Shown here: one piece after another, positions 11,551 to 24,935 of the stretch
Layout of the letters: the number at the start of each line of letters is the position of its first letter
Numbering within the stretch: the first letter of the stretch is position 1
NCBI GenBank assembly: GCA_951406725.2
Contig: OX597835.1
Span: forward strand, 3,906,001 to 3,970,000
DNA: 64,000 nt
DNA from: Octopus vulgaris
Lineage: Eukaryota
Direction of reading: 5' to 3'
Position numbers and translations under genes: made by a program
The notes under the pieces: model-generated
The model's input: only the letters and a program-made list of their open reading frames with translations
Database searches by the model: none
What the model was told of the DNA's origin: nothing

Positions 11551-11885
11551 CATATATATATATATAAATATATGAAACCCTGAAATTCAAGAGCTCTATC
11601 CCTATACCATAAGTCTGAGCCTACAAAGGAGCCTCTACATGGCCATTTAACTTGCTAAAAATAGTAACTAAATTTCCTTCAAATCAATTACTTCAATCTT
11701 AAAAAAAGGCAAAGACACAGTTTTTAAAGCAGAGATTTGAGAGGGATCTAAAAAGGAAGGGAGGGTGAAATAGATAATGTCGTTCTGGATACCTCACAAA
11801 AGACAGGATCCCTTTGATCTAAGAGCTGCTCTATCAGAACTGACCAAGGGTTCAACAACAACAACAACAACAACAAAATTCTTAC

Positions 11886-12048
11886 CTTGCATGGCTTGCA
11901 GTTCTACAGGTGTTCCAGTCACCTGAGCTGTTGTGAAAAATGTTCCAACTTGTTTGCCTTTGATAATGTTTAACAAAGCTTTCTCTTCCGTACCATTGCA
12001 GATCACTACAGACACACCATTCTGCACAGCCCATGTAGCGGCCTTCAC
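11886..12048 (-). CDS. ALDH18A1: P5CS coding exon 6
   Basis: VKAATWAVQNGVSVVICNG...KQVGTFF...ELQAMQ; ccAG / GTAAGA, ends phase 1. Confidence 0.95.
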
Positions 12049-12376
12049 CTGGTAATTAAAATAGACAATTACTTTGTTTTCAATTAATTTAAAGACAATT
12101 GATACCTCTCACACACAGTGTCTTCATTATTTTGACAGAAAAAAATTTAATTTAATTTCCCACTGCCTAAAACAAGCTTCACCTTCATTCAGGTGTGAAA
12201 ATAGATTTCCATCCATAGCATAGACACCTGTTAATCTAAAGATGCAATTTTTAATGAAATAACAATGAAAATAATTTCTAAGGATCATTCACGCAATGGC
12301 CAAAATTTCAGAGTGGAATATTGTCTGTTAAATTAACAGCATCCTATTTCAATAAAAGAGAGTAAATTCTTCATAC

Positions 12377-12595
12377 CTTTGATTCCATGCCTCCAAGACC
12401 AACTCTAGATTTCCCTTCAAATACCACAGAAGTATTGTCAGTTGTCGGAGAAAACGTGTGGACGAGACGAGAACCTTCAGTACCCGGTGGACTGGTGTAT
12501 AATCCATTGACATCCGACATTAATATAAGAATATCAGAGTCCATTTCCACAGCTAAACGGGCAGCCAAACTGTCATTGTCTTTCAGACTGATAAC
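12377..12595 (-). CDS. ALDH18A1: P5CS coding exon 5
   Basis: [33 protein letters not shown]...[12 protein letters not shown]; ttctAG / GTATGA. Confidence 0.96.
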
Positions 12596-12812
12596 CTAGA
12601 AAATGGTAAAGAATTTTAGGAAGAATTCAAATCTGTTTTTCTATATTCAGTGAAGCTTGGAAAATCAAGAAACAATGTTTTTCTCTTTTAAAGATAAATA
12701 AAATTTATTTGGTCAAAAAATTCTTCTCAATCTGTGACAGATTTGGAAAAAGGTGTTGGTACTGCTGTTTCTTTTGGGAATGAGCAAAATTGACACACAC
12801 ACATACACACAA

Positions 12813-12845
<33 letters not shown>

Positions 12846-13034
12846 TTTCCTTGTAAACTGTTTTTAACATGTTCTTATTATTATCAAAGAATGTATATAT
12901 GTATTGTAATATTTTGTGACAACCAGTACCTAACACAACAAAGCTTTTACATTTTACTTTTGACAATCTTTTTCTAAAAAAGTGAAACCGGTCAAGTGAA
13001 TAAACATCTTTTAAAATTGCATTTTCAAACCTTC

Positions 13035-13086
<52 letters not shown>

Positions 13087-13747
13087 GTACATATATGGAG
13101 ACAGAGAGACAGAGAGAAATACGTTATACATATATATTGAACTCAGTACAAGTAATAGAGTATATTTATTTGCATAAAGTTGATGATTCCCTCTCCAACA
13201 ACTCAGAACACTTCTATTATTGATCTATTCCATTGTAGCTGACATGAAGATAACAATTAAATGTATAACTAAATGCTTAATTAACTTTAAATTAAATTTA
13301 AAATTTCCAGAAAGGAGTTTTTATTAAAATTCTACCAACATATTTTGGAAACATTTAATTATATATTTTGATTTTACCTATTTTTTAGATTTTTATTTTT
13401 ACTTACTTTTCAACATTCATATAATTATTTTCAACACATCCATTCTTTCGTAGTTAATTAGTTAATTAGTGATAAAATAAGATTGGAACTTGTTAGTCAG
13501 GCAGACAAAGGCAAAGACAATCATGTCCTAATACAACGGTGACTGTAAGTTTTGATCTCATGGTTTTGTGGTTCACTAAATTGAAAAGAGAGAGCACTCC
13601 ATCAGTTACGATGATGAGGGTCCCAGCTGATACGATCAGTGGAACAGCTTGCATGTGAAATTAGTATGCAAGTGGCTGAGCAATCCACAGGCACGTGTTC
13701 CCCTAACATACTTTGATTATTGTACTTCGATTCAGGAAAAATTTAAA

Positions 13748-13903
13748 GGCACAGGAGTGGCTGTGTAGTAAGTAGCTTGCTTACCAACCACATGGTTCCA
13801 GGTTCAGTTCCACTGCATGACACCTTGGGCAAGTGTCTTCTACTACAGCCTCAGGCCGACCAAAGCCTTGTCAGTGGATTTGGGAGACGGAAACTGAAAG
13901 AAA
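13748..13903 (+). mobile_element. SINE family A head
   Basis: ggcacaggagtggctgtgtagtaag...ggaaactgaaagaa. Confidence 0.85.
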
Positions 13904-15179
13904 CTATAATCCATTTCATTTGATTACAGATTTTAGCTTCTTTAATTAATTAAGTCACTTTTTTTACACGATTCCTTTATAGTTTAGATATCTTTTTCTT
14001 TTTCTGAAAAGAAGGGACAACAGAACTTATAAATGTTTTTTTGGTCCTCTACGGATAAATTAGCAAGATTAATGGGGTTATTGTTCAGTTTGAATTCATC
14101 CAGGTTAGTAGTTGAAGGGAAAACAGGGGTGAGGCAGCTGTTAAGGAAGACTGAATAATTAGGGGTACATGTAATACTGGTTGAAGCTGTTTAGTAGATT
14201 TTTCTACAAGGGTGAGATACAAAAGGGCTGTAGGGTGGTGAAAAGATGGGTACATTGAAGGAAATTTAGATGAATGGGGGTAAATAGTCAATGAATGAAG
14301 ATGAAAAGAAGCAATTGTGGATGTTGAAGAAGAGAGAGAATGAAAGAGACAACTCAAGTGCTGGTTCAAATTCGTTAAAACCTGATGAATCACTTTTAAT
14401 TAATCACTTTTAATTATGGTTTATAATCAAAATCACAAGCTATTTCATTTGAGATTGAGCCACAGAACTTGTTAAAAGTCTTGTACAGTACTGAGACAAA
14501 ATTATAGAATTTGCTGGAATATAACAGCCAGAACTAACGCTTCTGCTAATTTTTTTCCAGACCACAAAGTTCCATTGGGTTCAGCAAACAACTACAACTT
14601 CTAAAGCAGTAAAAAGATGAGAAATAGATTTCCCCATGGATAGAATATTGGATGAATAAAGGTAGCTTTCCCATTATTTTAATTCAGTACCCTTCAAATC
14701 AAAGGACTCTGGTACTGCCATCTATATTACAAGTCACTACTCCAGGTAGGTGGAAGCACCATAGTTAATTAACTGGTGGTTTTTATCTATTAAGACCACC
14801 AGCCCTGACAACGTCCTCTCCATTATATTGAAACTACATACCTCAGGACTAAACCCTGTCCTCACTCGAATCACTCTGTCTCTCTCTCTCTCTCTCTCGG
14901 GATGCTATGGTAAACATGCCAAAGAGTATCCCATTTGCAAGAAAGGCAACCTGGTAACCTCTTTCAAAGTTTAGCTGAAACCCCTGACTCAATCAACCAT
15001 CTAACGCCATCCTATTGCACTAATGGAAACAACCATTAACAACAGAAATAGCAGCCAGATCTCCCTTAACTCACACCCTACAGTCTTAAATAAATGTATG
15101 TCTGCCTGATGAGAGATGATCAACAGCAGTGAAGATTTTCAACATTAATGTTTGATTACCAGAAGATGAAGAATGGAGG

Positions 15180-15217
<38 letters not shown>

Positions 15218-17269
15218 TCAAATAAGCAGAAAATGGGAAAAAACACTCTTGATCAACAAACAAATTGACCAACATCAGTTAATTATTTTTTAATGCAAAA
15301 TATAACATAACATTTCTTACAGCCGTTTCGGCTGCCAATGTCAGTCGGTGCTTTCAAAGAAGGCCCAATATATATGAATCATACCATTTTTCAGTATTCA
15401 ACTTCAAGCTTCACACTGAAAAATGCTATGATTCTAATATATTGAGCCTTCTGGCCTCAACTCAAGGCTGTTCTTTCCTCTTCCCTTCTTTTATTTTATG
15501 TATGTGTACTCACTCTGATGAAGCTCTATGTACTAGATTGAATATGCTATAAAGTTGACACATATTATTTTCGGAATTTTCTTTGAAAGCACCGACTGAC
15601 ATTGGCAGCCGAAATGGCCGTAAGAAATGTTAGGTTATGCTTTGCATTGAAAAATAATTAACCAATGTTGGTCAATTTGTTTAAATTTGATTCCTGAAAA
15701 ACTTTTGTTTATTCTGTTATTACCTGTACCCTATGAGCATAGTGTGCTTGCATGCTGATGCCCAGGGTTAACATAGGCAAATGATACAGGTAGGACGAAC
15801 AGATATTCTTATCCCTTAAATGGTTATTCCTGCTGCTAACTCTGCTTACCTACACACACACACACACACATATTTGGCAACCTCACTGCAGTTGGTGCCA
15901 CATAAAAAGCACCCAGAACACTCTGTAAAGTGGTTGGCATTAGGAAGGACATCCAGCTGTAGAAACCCTGGCAAATCAGACATAGAACCTGGTGAAGCCC
16001 TCTGGCTCATCTGTTCTTGTCAAACTGGCCAAACCATGTCCAGCATGGAAAAAGGGACATTAAATGACGACGACGATGATGATGATGATAATGATAATGA
16101 TGATGGAGCTGATCTCAATGCTATCCAACTTTCATGTACAGGAAACAAATGGTTCGGAAAACTATGCAGTAGTTTAGTAGTAGCAGTATTAGTCAAAGTA
16201 GTAGTAATAATAGGATATTAAAGATAGGACCCTTTCCCCAACACCCCTTTTTTTAAAAATATTTTTATAAAAAATTTTCATGTATCATTCTATTAAAATA
16301 ATTTCCATCTCATTTTGTTGTTATCTGAAACAAAGGTTGTGTTTTTTTTCTTTGATATCTCAAGGGGTAACTAAAACCATAACCAGGACTTAATTCACCA
16401 AATCTTTGTTTCTAGAACAGCAAATAGAAAAGAAAGGAGAAGGGTTCGATTTCAAAGCAATTTTGCAATTTTCTTTTTTGTAGTTTTCTGGATTTCCAAG
16501 ACCAAAGATATTCCATAAAACCATGTATCTCTTCCCTAAATGGTAAGAACAATGGTATATTATATTGTTTATATTATATTGCTATATTGTCTATTTTAGC
16601 AAAGGATTTATTAAATCCCCACCATTGCATAACTGGTACTTTGTTTGCTAATCCTTAGGATTATTGATTTATTATCCAAGAACTAAAGCCTTTCTATACA
16701 AATCCACTCATTCACTGCATTAATATCAATTATGCTGGATGTAATATAAGGCTTTGAGAAAGTCCCCTGTGAAGGAATAGCCTCAAATCTATGGAAATAT
16801 TTATTTTTCACTTATTCAATGTGACAGTGTCTAGACTTAACTTCACACATAGACATAATATCGATGATGGTAGATTATTAGCATATAATATAAAGTTTTG
16901 AGAAAGTCTTCTGTGAAGGACTAGCTTCCTATCCATGAAAATATTTATTTCGCTTTTACTAAATGTGACAGTATCCAGACTTAATTTTAGACCCTACAGA
17001 TTGTTTGTGTGAACAGCAAAGTGGACAGACCTCACTCGATATGCTTTTAAGGTGCAGGTTCCAGCTATGAACTATTTAATTTCATTTGTAGGGTTAACGC
17101 CTTTAAAAAACAGCATTTAAAGACTCAACTTTCAAATTTATTACATTTTATTAAAATAAATGGACAGTGGTTTTGTCTCTAAAAACAAATTGCTCCATCA
17201 AAAACCATTCCACATAAATTAAAAAGATGGAAAGTAATATAATTACCAGAAAAATGGTCTTTTAATAAC

Positions 17270-17715
17270 CCTTTCTACTACAGGCTGAAGGCCTGAAATT
17301 TTAGGGGAGGGGACAAGTCAATTCCATCAACCCCCAGCATTTGACTGGTACTTATTTCATTGACCCTCAAATGGATGAACGCCAAAGTCAACCTCAGTAG
17401 AATTTGAAATCAGAATGTAAAGAGGGGCGAAATGCTGATAAGCATTCTACCTGGAATGGTAACAACTCTGCCAACTCACCTCCTCATCATTTTTTAATAA
17501 TCCTTTCTCCTAAAGGCACAAAGCCTGAAAGTTTGAAGGAGAGGGGAGTCAATTACATTGACCTCAGTGCATAACCGGTACTTAATTAATCAACCCCCGA
17601 AAGGATGAAAGGCAAAGTCAACCTTGGCGGAATTTGAACCCATAACCTAAGGACAGATGAAATGCCACTAAGCTTTGCACCCAGCGTGCCAACGATTCTG
17701 CCAGCTCACCACCTT
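17270..17715 (-). mobile_element. Two tandem older SINE family B-related copies
   Basis: Two decayed cccgaaaggatgaaaggcaaagtcaacct...gccagctcacc blocks. Confidence 0.75.
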
Positions 17716-18102
17716 ATTGTCTTTCAATAATAAAAGCACATTCATTCTGATAATCTAATGCCAAATTCCGATCCTAATCTTTTTAATTTCAAAATCTTTA
17801 TTCACCAGAGCTAGAGTCATTCTATCAGTTGGTCCTTAAACTTGTGACCAGCAACTGGAACCAAAATATCATCTACAGACACAAGATTAGTTCCAAACTA
17901 ATATCTCAGACATTGTGAAATTCTTCATAAAACCCAAATATTTTGGGGGAATAGTTTTCATTGCAATTTTCTTGCCATATATAAAAAGAAATTTAATTAT
18001 CCTCATATTTAAGTTCTGTTTTCATTATAAATAGCAATTTTTTACTAAAATTGCGACCCTTTCTTCTTATTATTTGCCATTTCTATAAACACAATTCCTC
18101 AC

Positions 18103-18126
18103 CTGCTCTGCTGCATCCATATATAC
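18103..18126 (-). CDS. ALDH18A1: Candidate alternative 24-nt microexon of P5CS (VYMDAAEQ)
   Basis: cactaat branch point...ccattttttAG|GTATATATGGATGCAGCAGAGCAG|GTGAGG; phase 0-0, no stop, inside a phase-0 intron. Confidence 0.6.
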
Positions 18127-18379
18127 CTAAAAAATGGGACGTGCGGATTAGTGACAGAATTGAAACTGTAAAACAAAATACATGCGAAAACATGCCAAAG
18201 TGAAGATTAAGGAATGTGTGACTGTTGTTTCTAGGATATCATTTGGAATTGGTTAGTTTAGAGACAGAATCTGTAAACTGGAATGACAAAAATTCTTCTG
18301 GAAAATATTTTGAAGTTTCATTTGATTTCAAGAGAAATAAAGAATATTGGTCAATATAAATAATTATCAATTACATAAT

Positions 18380-18815
18380 TACAGAATCAGAATCGAAATC
18401 GATCAATGGAAATTGCAGCTGAGTTACCAGTGCCGGTGGCATGTAAGAGAACCATCTGAATGTGGCCATTGCCAGCGCCGCCTCGACTGGCCTCGTGCCG
18501 GTGGCACATAAAAAGCACCATCCGTTCATGGCCATTGCCAGCCTCGCCTGGCCCCCGTGCCAGTGGCACATAAAAAGCACCATCCGATCGTGGCCGTTTG
18601 CCAGACTCGTCTGGCACCTGTGCCGGTGGCACGTAAAAAGCACCCACTACACTCATGGAGTGGTTGGCGTTAGGAAGGGCATCCAGCCGTAGAAACATTG
18701 CCAGATCAAACTGGGCCTGGTGCAGCCTTCTGGCTTCCCAGACCCCAGTTGAACCGTCCAACCCATGCTAGCATGGAAAGTGGACGCTAAACGATGATGA
18801 GGACGATGATGATGA
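18380..18815 (+). mobile_element. Retroposon 3' part (family D) with internal gtgccggtggcacgtaaaaagcacc repeats and (GAT)n tail
   Basis: Same tail at 1930-2113, 2850-3235, 5750-6000, 10630-10833, 15890-16103, 20530-20688 and, on minus, 54600-55120, 59340-59465. Confidence 0.8.
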
Positions 18816-19398
18816 TAATTGATCGTTAATTAGTCTTCTTCTTGTGCTGCTGCTGCTGCTACTGTTGTGTAATTTGAAACCGTGAAAGTCTTGCAACACT
18901 TGTGATGCTTGTCTTTGTTTTTAATGCAAAAAAGCGTGATGGCTGTAGTAGAACAGTGTGTAGGCTGATGTAATGCAGTGTACTATAATGTAATAGTATA
19001 TGTGTGAGTGTACGAATATGCATGTGGTTTGATGTAGAATATATTTGTAAACATGTTATTTCTCGTAGACAAAAGAGCTCTCATGTTTGGCTTGTTACTA
19101 TGGAAAAAGACGCCTATAAATCTGTGGCTTATGATTGGCTAAAACTACTCCAAATTTGTAAACTTTAAAAGCTATTAACTCATTATTTATTGATTTATTG
19201 ATTTTATAGCAAGTTGATGCAGGTTGTTTATCCTGTCTCCCTCTGACCTTTAGTTCATGCAAATGAAAAAATTGTATTATTTATGGGATGACCCACTACA
19301 TATATATATATATATATATACATACACACACATACACACATGCACACACACACACACACATATATATATACACACACACTTTATGATTGTGTGAATGA

Positions 19399-19454
<56 letters not shown>

Positions 19455-19509
19455 CCAACATGACTCAGCTGTATGGTTGTATCTAGTCGAAAAGTAGTAT
19501 GAGAGTGTG

Positions 19510-19542
<33 letters not shown>

Positions 19543-19903
19543 ACTGTATTGATTTAATATTGAGAAAAAGCATTAGTGAGACACGAGTCTCATCCTAAAA
19601 CTCATCACAGAAAAGGTTGCGACTTAGAAATCCCAGTTACACTCCAGAGGTTACAATTACAACCACAATGTCCTTGTTACTTGTAATAAATCACTGATAC
19701 GTAACAAATTTCGGTCACATCTTAAAAACAATAATTGGATGTGAACACAGTTAACTTAAAAGTATAGTGACTTATTATGAAACACAGTTACTGCCCAGTC
19801 ACCATAGTAACAGAAACTACATTAATTAATAATCAGGTTCCTCACATTAAAACAACAAAACAATAAGAAAAATAACCAGGTAACAAAACATTGTAAAACT
19901 TAC

Positions 19904-20056
19904 CCCTGAGAGGTCCTTGTCTTGCTCTGGTGGTGGGGCAACAGCATCGTTTGCATTTAATATTGGGATGATGTTTAATCGAATCAACTCTGATAGGGTG
20001 CTATGCAAATTCTTACGGCTTTCCTCATTGCTGAAGTCAGGTTTGGTCACTAACAC
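19904..20056 (-). CDS. ALDH18A1: P5CS coding exon 4
   Basis: VLVTKPDFSNEESRKNLHSTLSELIRLNIIPILNANDAVAPPPEQDKDLSG; ttctAG / GTAAGT, phase 0. Confidence 0.95.
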
Positions 20057-22120
20057 CTAGAAAAAAATTGAAATTTAGATCGAATCATGGTCTTATAAAT
20101 TCCATTGTATTGCTTGGACATTATGGAAGGTTTCTTCTTTCAGTGATGGTGATTTAAGAGAAGATACACTGATGCAGTTCCTGGCTGGATTTGAAACCTG
20201 CACTGCAACCCAATAAAATATCAATTTTAGATTTCATGTTGTTGCAGAGCTACAGTCAGTTCAGCTCAAGTAATACTTCCGCTATGGAGGCATTAGACCC
20301 AAATCCATGTTATTATAGTCCAGTCTAATCTGAAAGTAACTCCTGTTTAATATTATTAAGGTGGAGGCTCATGGCCTAGTGGTTAGAGCAGCAGACTCGC
20401 AGTTGAGGGATCGCGGGTTCGAATCTCAGACCAGGCGATGTGTGTGTTTATGAGCGAAACACCTAAGCTCCACATGGCTCCAGCAAAAGGTAATGGTGAA
20501 CTTCTGCTGACTCTTTCCTCCTGCACACAGGAAGCATCCAGCACACTCTGTTAAGTGGTTGGTGTTAGGAAGGGCATCCAGCCATAGAAACCATGCCTCA
20601 ACAGACAGCTGGAATCTAGTTGGCTCCATGACAAACTATCCAACCCATGCCAGCATGGAAAGCAGACATTAAATGATGATGATGATGATTTTCTGATAAG
20701 CAAAAGTCAGTTGTTTCAGCTTTCAATGTGAGACAACCAGCAAAATAAAATAAAAAATGCCTTGCTTAGAAGAAAATAGGTAAGGGTTAGAGACAGGAAG
20801 AGCATGCAGCCATTGGAAATCTTTGGCAACAAGCTTTATGTAATGTATGCTGATATGAAAAACAGAAATAAAAACAGAAATAAAAATAGCATAAAATGAA
20901 CTTCATTACATTTGTTATTGCCAAGTTTTAAAAAAAAGGTATTGTGAACCCAAGGTTAGGATAGACGTCACTTGCTCAAGGTGCTGTGAAGTGGAATTGA
21001 ACCAGGAATGCCATGGTTGAGAAATAAACTTCTTAACCACAAAGCCATGCCTGTTAGGTTTATATGTCCAGGAATTTTGTTCTTTGAACTAAATTTTCTC
21101 AATTGATCAGCATTCTTCATCATTGAGAATGGAACCTCTTACTGTTGTCCAAAGATTGACAGCAAACATGTAATTCCTCAGATCATTAAAATGATTTGAG
21201 GAAATCGGTAACGATGATTGATAAACTCATAACCATTAAACACACACACACACACACACAATTATGGAAGAAGATTTTTTTCTCTCTTCCCTTTTTTGAT
21301 TGAATATTATTAAATATTTTCCTTTTCTCCAAAACTTTGATAAACACATTATCATTATTATTATTAAAAGCTTATCATAAAACTAACCTCTTGCATTGTG
21401 AACTTTAAACTGAAAGTCTGTGTCACTGTTAATAACAATAAGGATTTTGGTCTGATAAAAGAAGAATTTTAAATATAAAAATATTATCTGTTTTAGCTCT
21501 TTCAGTTTATAGTTCTCCCTGAATTAATTATATTAACACTGACCCAATTATATTTATATGATGACCTATTTTTCTTGGTAGATGGCATCTGAGTAATTTA
21601 TTCTCTAAATAATTCTATTTTTCAAAGACAACCAGTGTATGGTAGTGATTCTTCTATCACTACTGAAGCAAGTGGAGTGAAACCTGTGTTTGGCTAATGA
21701 GAACATAATAAGATTGGAACATGTCTGTAGTTACTGAAATAATTATAATAATATTATTCACTGGTTAATACCACTTTTGTTTTTCTTCACTTCATAATTA
21801 TTCTTAGTTAAATTTTTAAAACAGTAATTTAATTATTAATTTAAAACTTTAACGAATCCATGCTGTGCCCTCACTCTCCTAATCTTCTAAACAAGTTTCC
21901 AGTGTGGTTTTTCTGTGCATATCAACTGAGGTTACATCACCACCTTGCACGTGCTAAACGGGAAGCCTCTACCAGGTTGATAAACCTATTAGAAATAGCA
22001 GCCAAATCATTCATGAATCATAATCTACTACCTTAACAAACAAGTGTACATCAGGTAGTGTACTCCTAGGTACACTACATTTCAGATCATAGATCTGCCT
22101 GGTCAAGGTAGACTTAGGAC

Positions 22121-22187
<67 letters not shown>

Positions 22188-22272
22188 AGAGAGAGAGAGA
22201 GAGTTGACGTTTCTCAGACATTTACTCATTAATATTGTTGTGTTAATTAAATATGTTAGTGTGATGACTTAC

Positions 22273-22377
22273 CTGAGCAGTCCTTACACCATACTGAATA
22301 AACATCTGTTCATAAAGAGACATTAAACCACTCTGACCAGTTGCAGCACAGGCCCGGGGTTCAATTAAGGATTTGCT
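22273..22377 (-). CDS. ALDH18A1: P5CS coding exon 3
   Basis: [35 protein letters not shown]; tttcAG / GTAAGT. Confidence 0.95.
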
Positions 22378-22830
22378 CTGAAAGCAAGAATAGAAGGCAA
22401 AAAAAAAAATAAGGTATTTAAGTAAGTCATGTGCGTGCGTGTCCCCCCCCATCACCATTTGACAACCGGTACTGTTGTGTTTACATCACCATAACTTGGC
22501 AGTTTGGCAAAAGAGACCAATAGAATAAGTACTATGGTTCAAAAATAAGTTCTGGCATCAAATTGTTTGACTAAAATCTGTCATGGCGGTGCTCTGGCAT
22601 GGCCACAGTCAAATGATTGGAACAAGTAATAGAATAAAAGAATAAAATTAAATATTCTAAATACTGATTTAATAATAAAAAAATTATATTTTATTACATC
22701 TCTTCTAGATTCTTGATAATTTTCAAACTTAATTGATAATTACATTGGTAATGTACTTCATTAGGGATGTGTTCCTGAAAAGGTTAAATTCCTTTGAGAA
22801 TGTTTTGGGACGTCAGAAGAAATCACTTAC

Positions 22831-22974
22831 CTTTGATTCATAATTGGCAAGCGTCATGGTCTGTCGCATACTCATTGACATGAGAATTTCTTGCTGTAAC
22901 TTTTGTTTACCATATGCAACGGCACCACTTGTTACCATTAAGACTTCTTTACCTTGGTTCTGTAACTCCGAAAC
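22831..22974 (-). CDS. ALDH18A1: P5CS coding exon 2
   Basis: [48 protein letters not shown]; ttgcAG / GTAAGT. Confidence 0.95.
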
Positions 22975-23107
22975 CTGCAAAAGTCAGAAGCCGTTTTCAA
23001 GATCTGACTATAGACTTTTGCAACATTAAGTTAATACACAACACACACACACACAGAGTACAGCCTCACACACACACACACAGAGTACAGCCTCACACAA
23101 ATACACA

Positions 23108-23140
<33 letters not shown>

Positions 23141-23334
23141 GATTGGTTGAGTGTAATGACCAGTATTTTTCATTTGAAATTTCTTCTTTTACTGGTCTTG
23201 TTCTTTGGACTATGTCCATGCTAGAACATTAGTCAAGAGTTTACTCAGGATCAACAATCCCACAGGCATATGGCACAGTGGTTAAGAGCATGGACTACTA
23301 ACCCCAAGATTCCAAGTTCGATTCCAAGCAGTGA

Positions 23335-23365
<31 letters not shown>

Positions 23366-23690
23366 CATAGCCATGTGTTGAGAGGGATTCTTTGGGGTTT
23401 GAATAATTCACCTCTGGAAACATGGGTGGTTTTTTCAACATCCTTAAGCAACCCTTATTCAGGGACCGTTTGACCGGGATGGGCTACTTAACCTGAAGAA
23501 AATTCTAACTGGGCCCCACCTGCAAAGTCATGCACTGTTTATCTTGATATGAGATCACCATGTCGCGCACATTTGGTTGTGATGCATGTGCCTGGTGTAC
23601 CCTTATCAGACAGGTAGTCATGATGGGTATATTGGGCTTTGTATATTTTACCCCAGTGTCACTTTGATGGCGTGCACTGCTCTCTCACTC

Positions 23691-23746
<56 letters not shown>

Positions 23747-24458
23747 TGATGATGATAACATCGAAAAATACCTTAGGAATGAGAACCCAGGTTCGAAATT
23801 TCCCCAAGACACCTGAAGAAGACCAAAGCAAGAGAAGCCCTTTGATAAGCCACCCCACACCCCCCTAGATGGTTTAAATCAGTCTTGGATAAAAATTTAT
23901 TTCTTAAACATTGTTGGAAAAGTGAAATGTATGTTGTTACTAAAACTGACTTAGATTATTGTGACTGTCATTTGTGGGTAGATATTGAAGGCAAAGTCCA
24001 CCAAGGTTTAAGGAAGCACTGCAAAGTGGCAAACAACAGCTTCAATGTGGCGCTAACAATAGTTTTACAGGTTTCTTGTTGCTAGTTTAATCCTAAGTCA
24101 GTCGTTATTAAGCAGACATAGATTCACAAACATTTCTCATATAAGCATTCCGTCATGTTTGATCAGTTATCGCATACTTTAGATTCATTATCCAACATAC
24201 TGTTTTTAAAGAAAATAAGATGTGATTCGAAGTAGCTTTTGCTACTGTTTCTAGCACATCAAGTGACCACTGAGAGGTTCCTTCACAAGCTCATCTCAGA
24301 GTTAGTAATTTGTGTTCAGTTCCTGCCACAAGAAAATCTACCTTCAACCTCCAACGGAAAAATGTCCGTCTAGAGAGAGATTCATCTCCCTCTCTCTCTC
24401 TCCCCCTCTCTACAAAGCTGAGTCGCTTTTAAATGAATTTCTGTGCTTTACAGAGGAA

Positions 24459-24890
24459 CTAGCAGTATAGCCCGGCGTTGCCCGGGTATGTAAGAGCCCC
24501 TAGTAGGCAACGACTAATCCCAATCTAGTCCTTTCCCTCTAGGGAACGAAGGCGCATGTGTAGGTTGCAATGTCTTCTCTTCACTCAAATACTTCTGTGT
24601 ATACGATGTTCCTAGCTGTCCCTTTGGGCGATAAAAAGGTCGAGTTGTGTCCCCTAGACAGAAAATGTGTTGAATATAAAAAGCTTAGATTCTCGACCCC
24701 ATGTCGAATTTATCAATTTTTTTCAGAACTGGGGAAACTTTTTAAAATTTTAGCTGCGTTAGTTTTGAATTATGACATTGGGCTATGTGTGTGTCAAGTT
24801 TCATCAGAATCGGTTGAAAGCCGTGGTCAGGGTGAGGGTACAACCTGACAGCCACACAGACAGACAAACTGCCGTTTATATATATAGAGA
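24459..24890 (-). mobile_element. Non-autonomous Helitron
   Basis: On minus: 5' TC, subterminal hairpin cccgggcaacgccgggc, 3' CTAG, inserted between A and T. Confidence 0.85.
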
Positions 24891-24935
24891 TAACTGTTCA
24901 AGAGCACCTTGTCACCTTCAATTTAATCAACTCAC

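Noticed and set aside
19897-19903. Vertebrate-style 6-nt donor sliding (P5CS long form)
   Set aside because: Intron begins GTAAGTTT with no GT at +7/+8
23264-23340. Genuine tRNA gene
   Set aside because: A and B boxes are present but there is no acceptor-stem pairing and it runs into (AAT)n; SINE-like head. The same applies to the other tRNA-like heads
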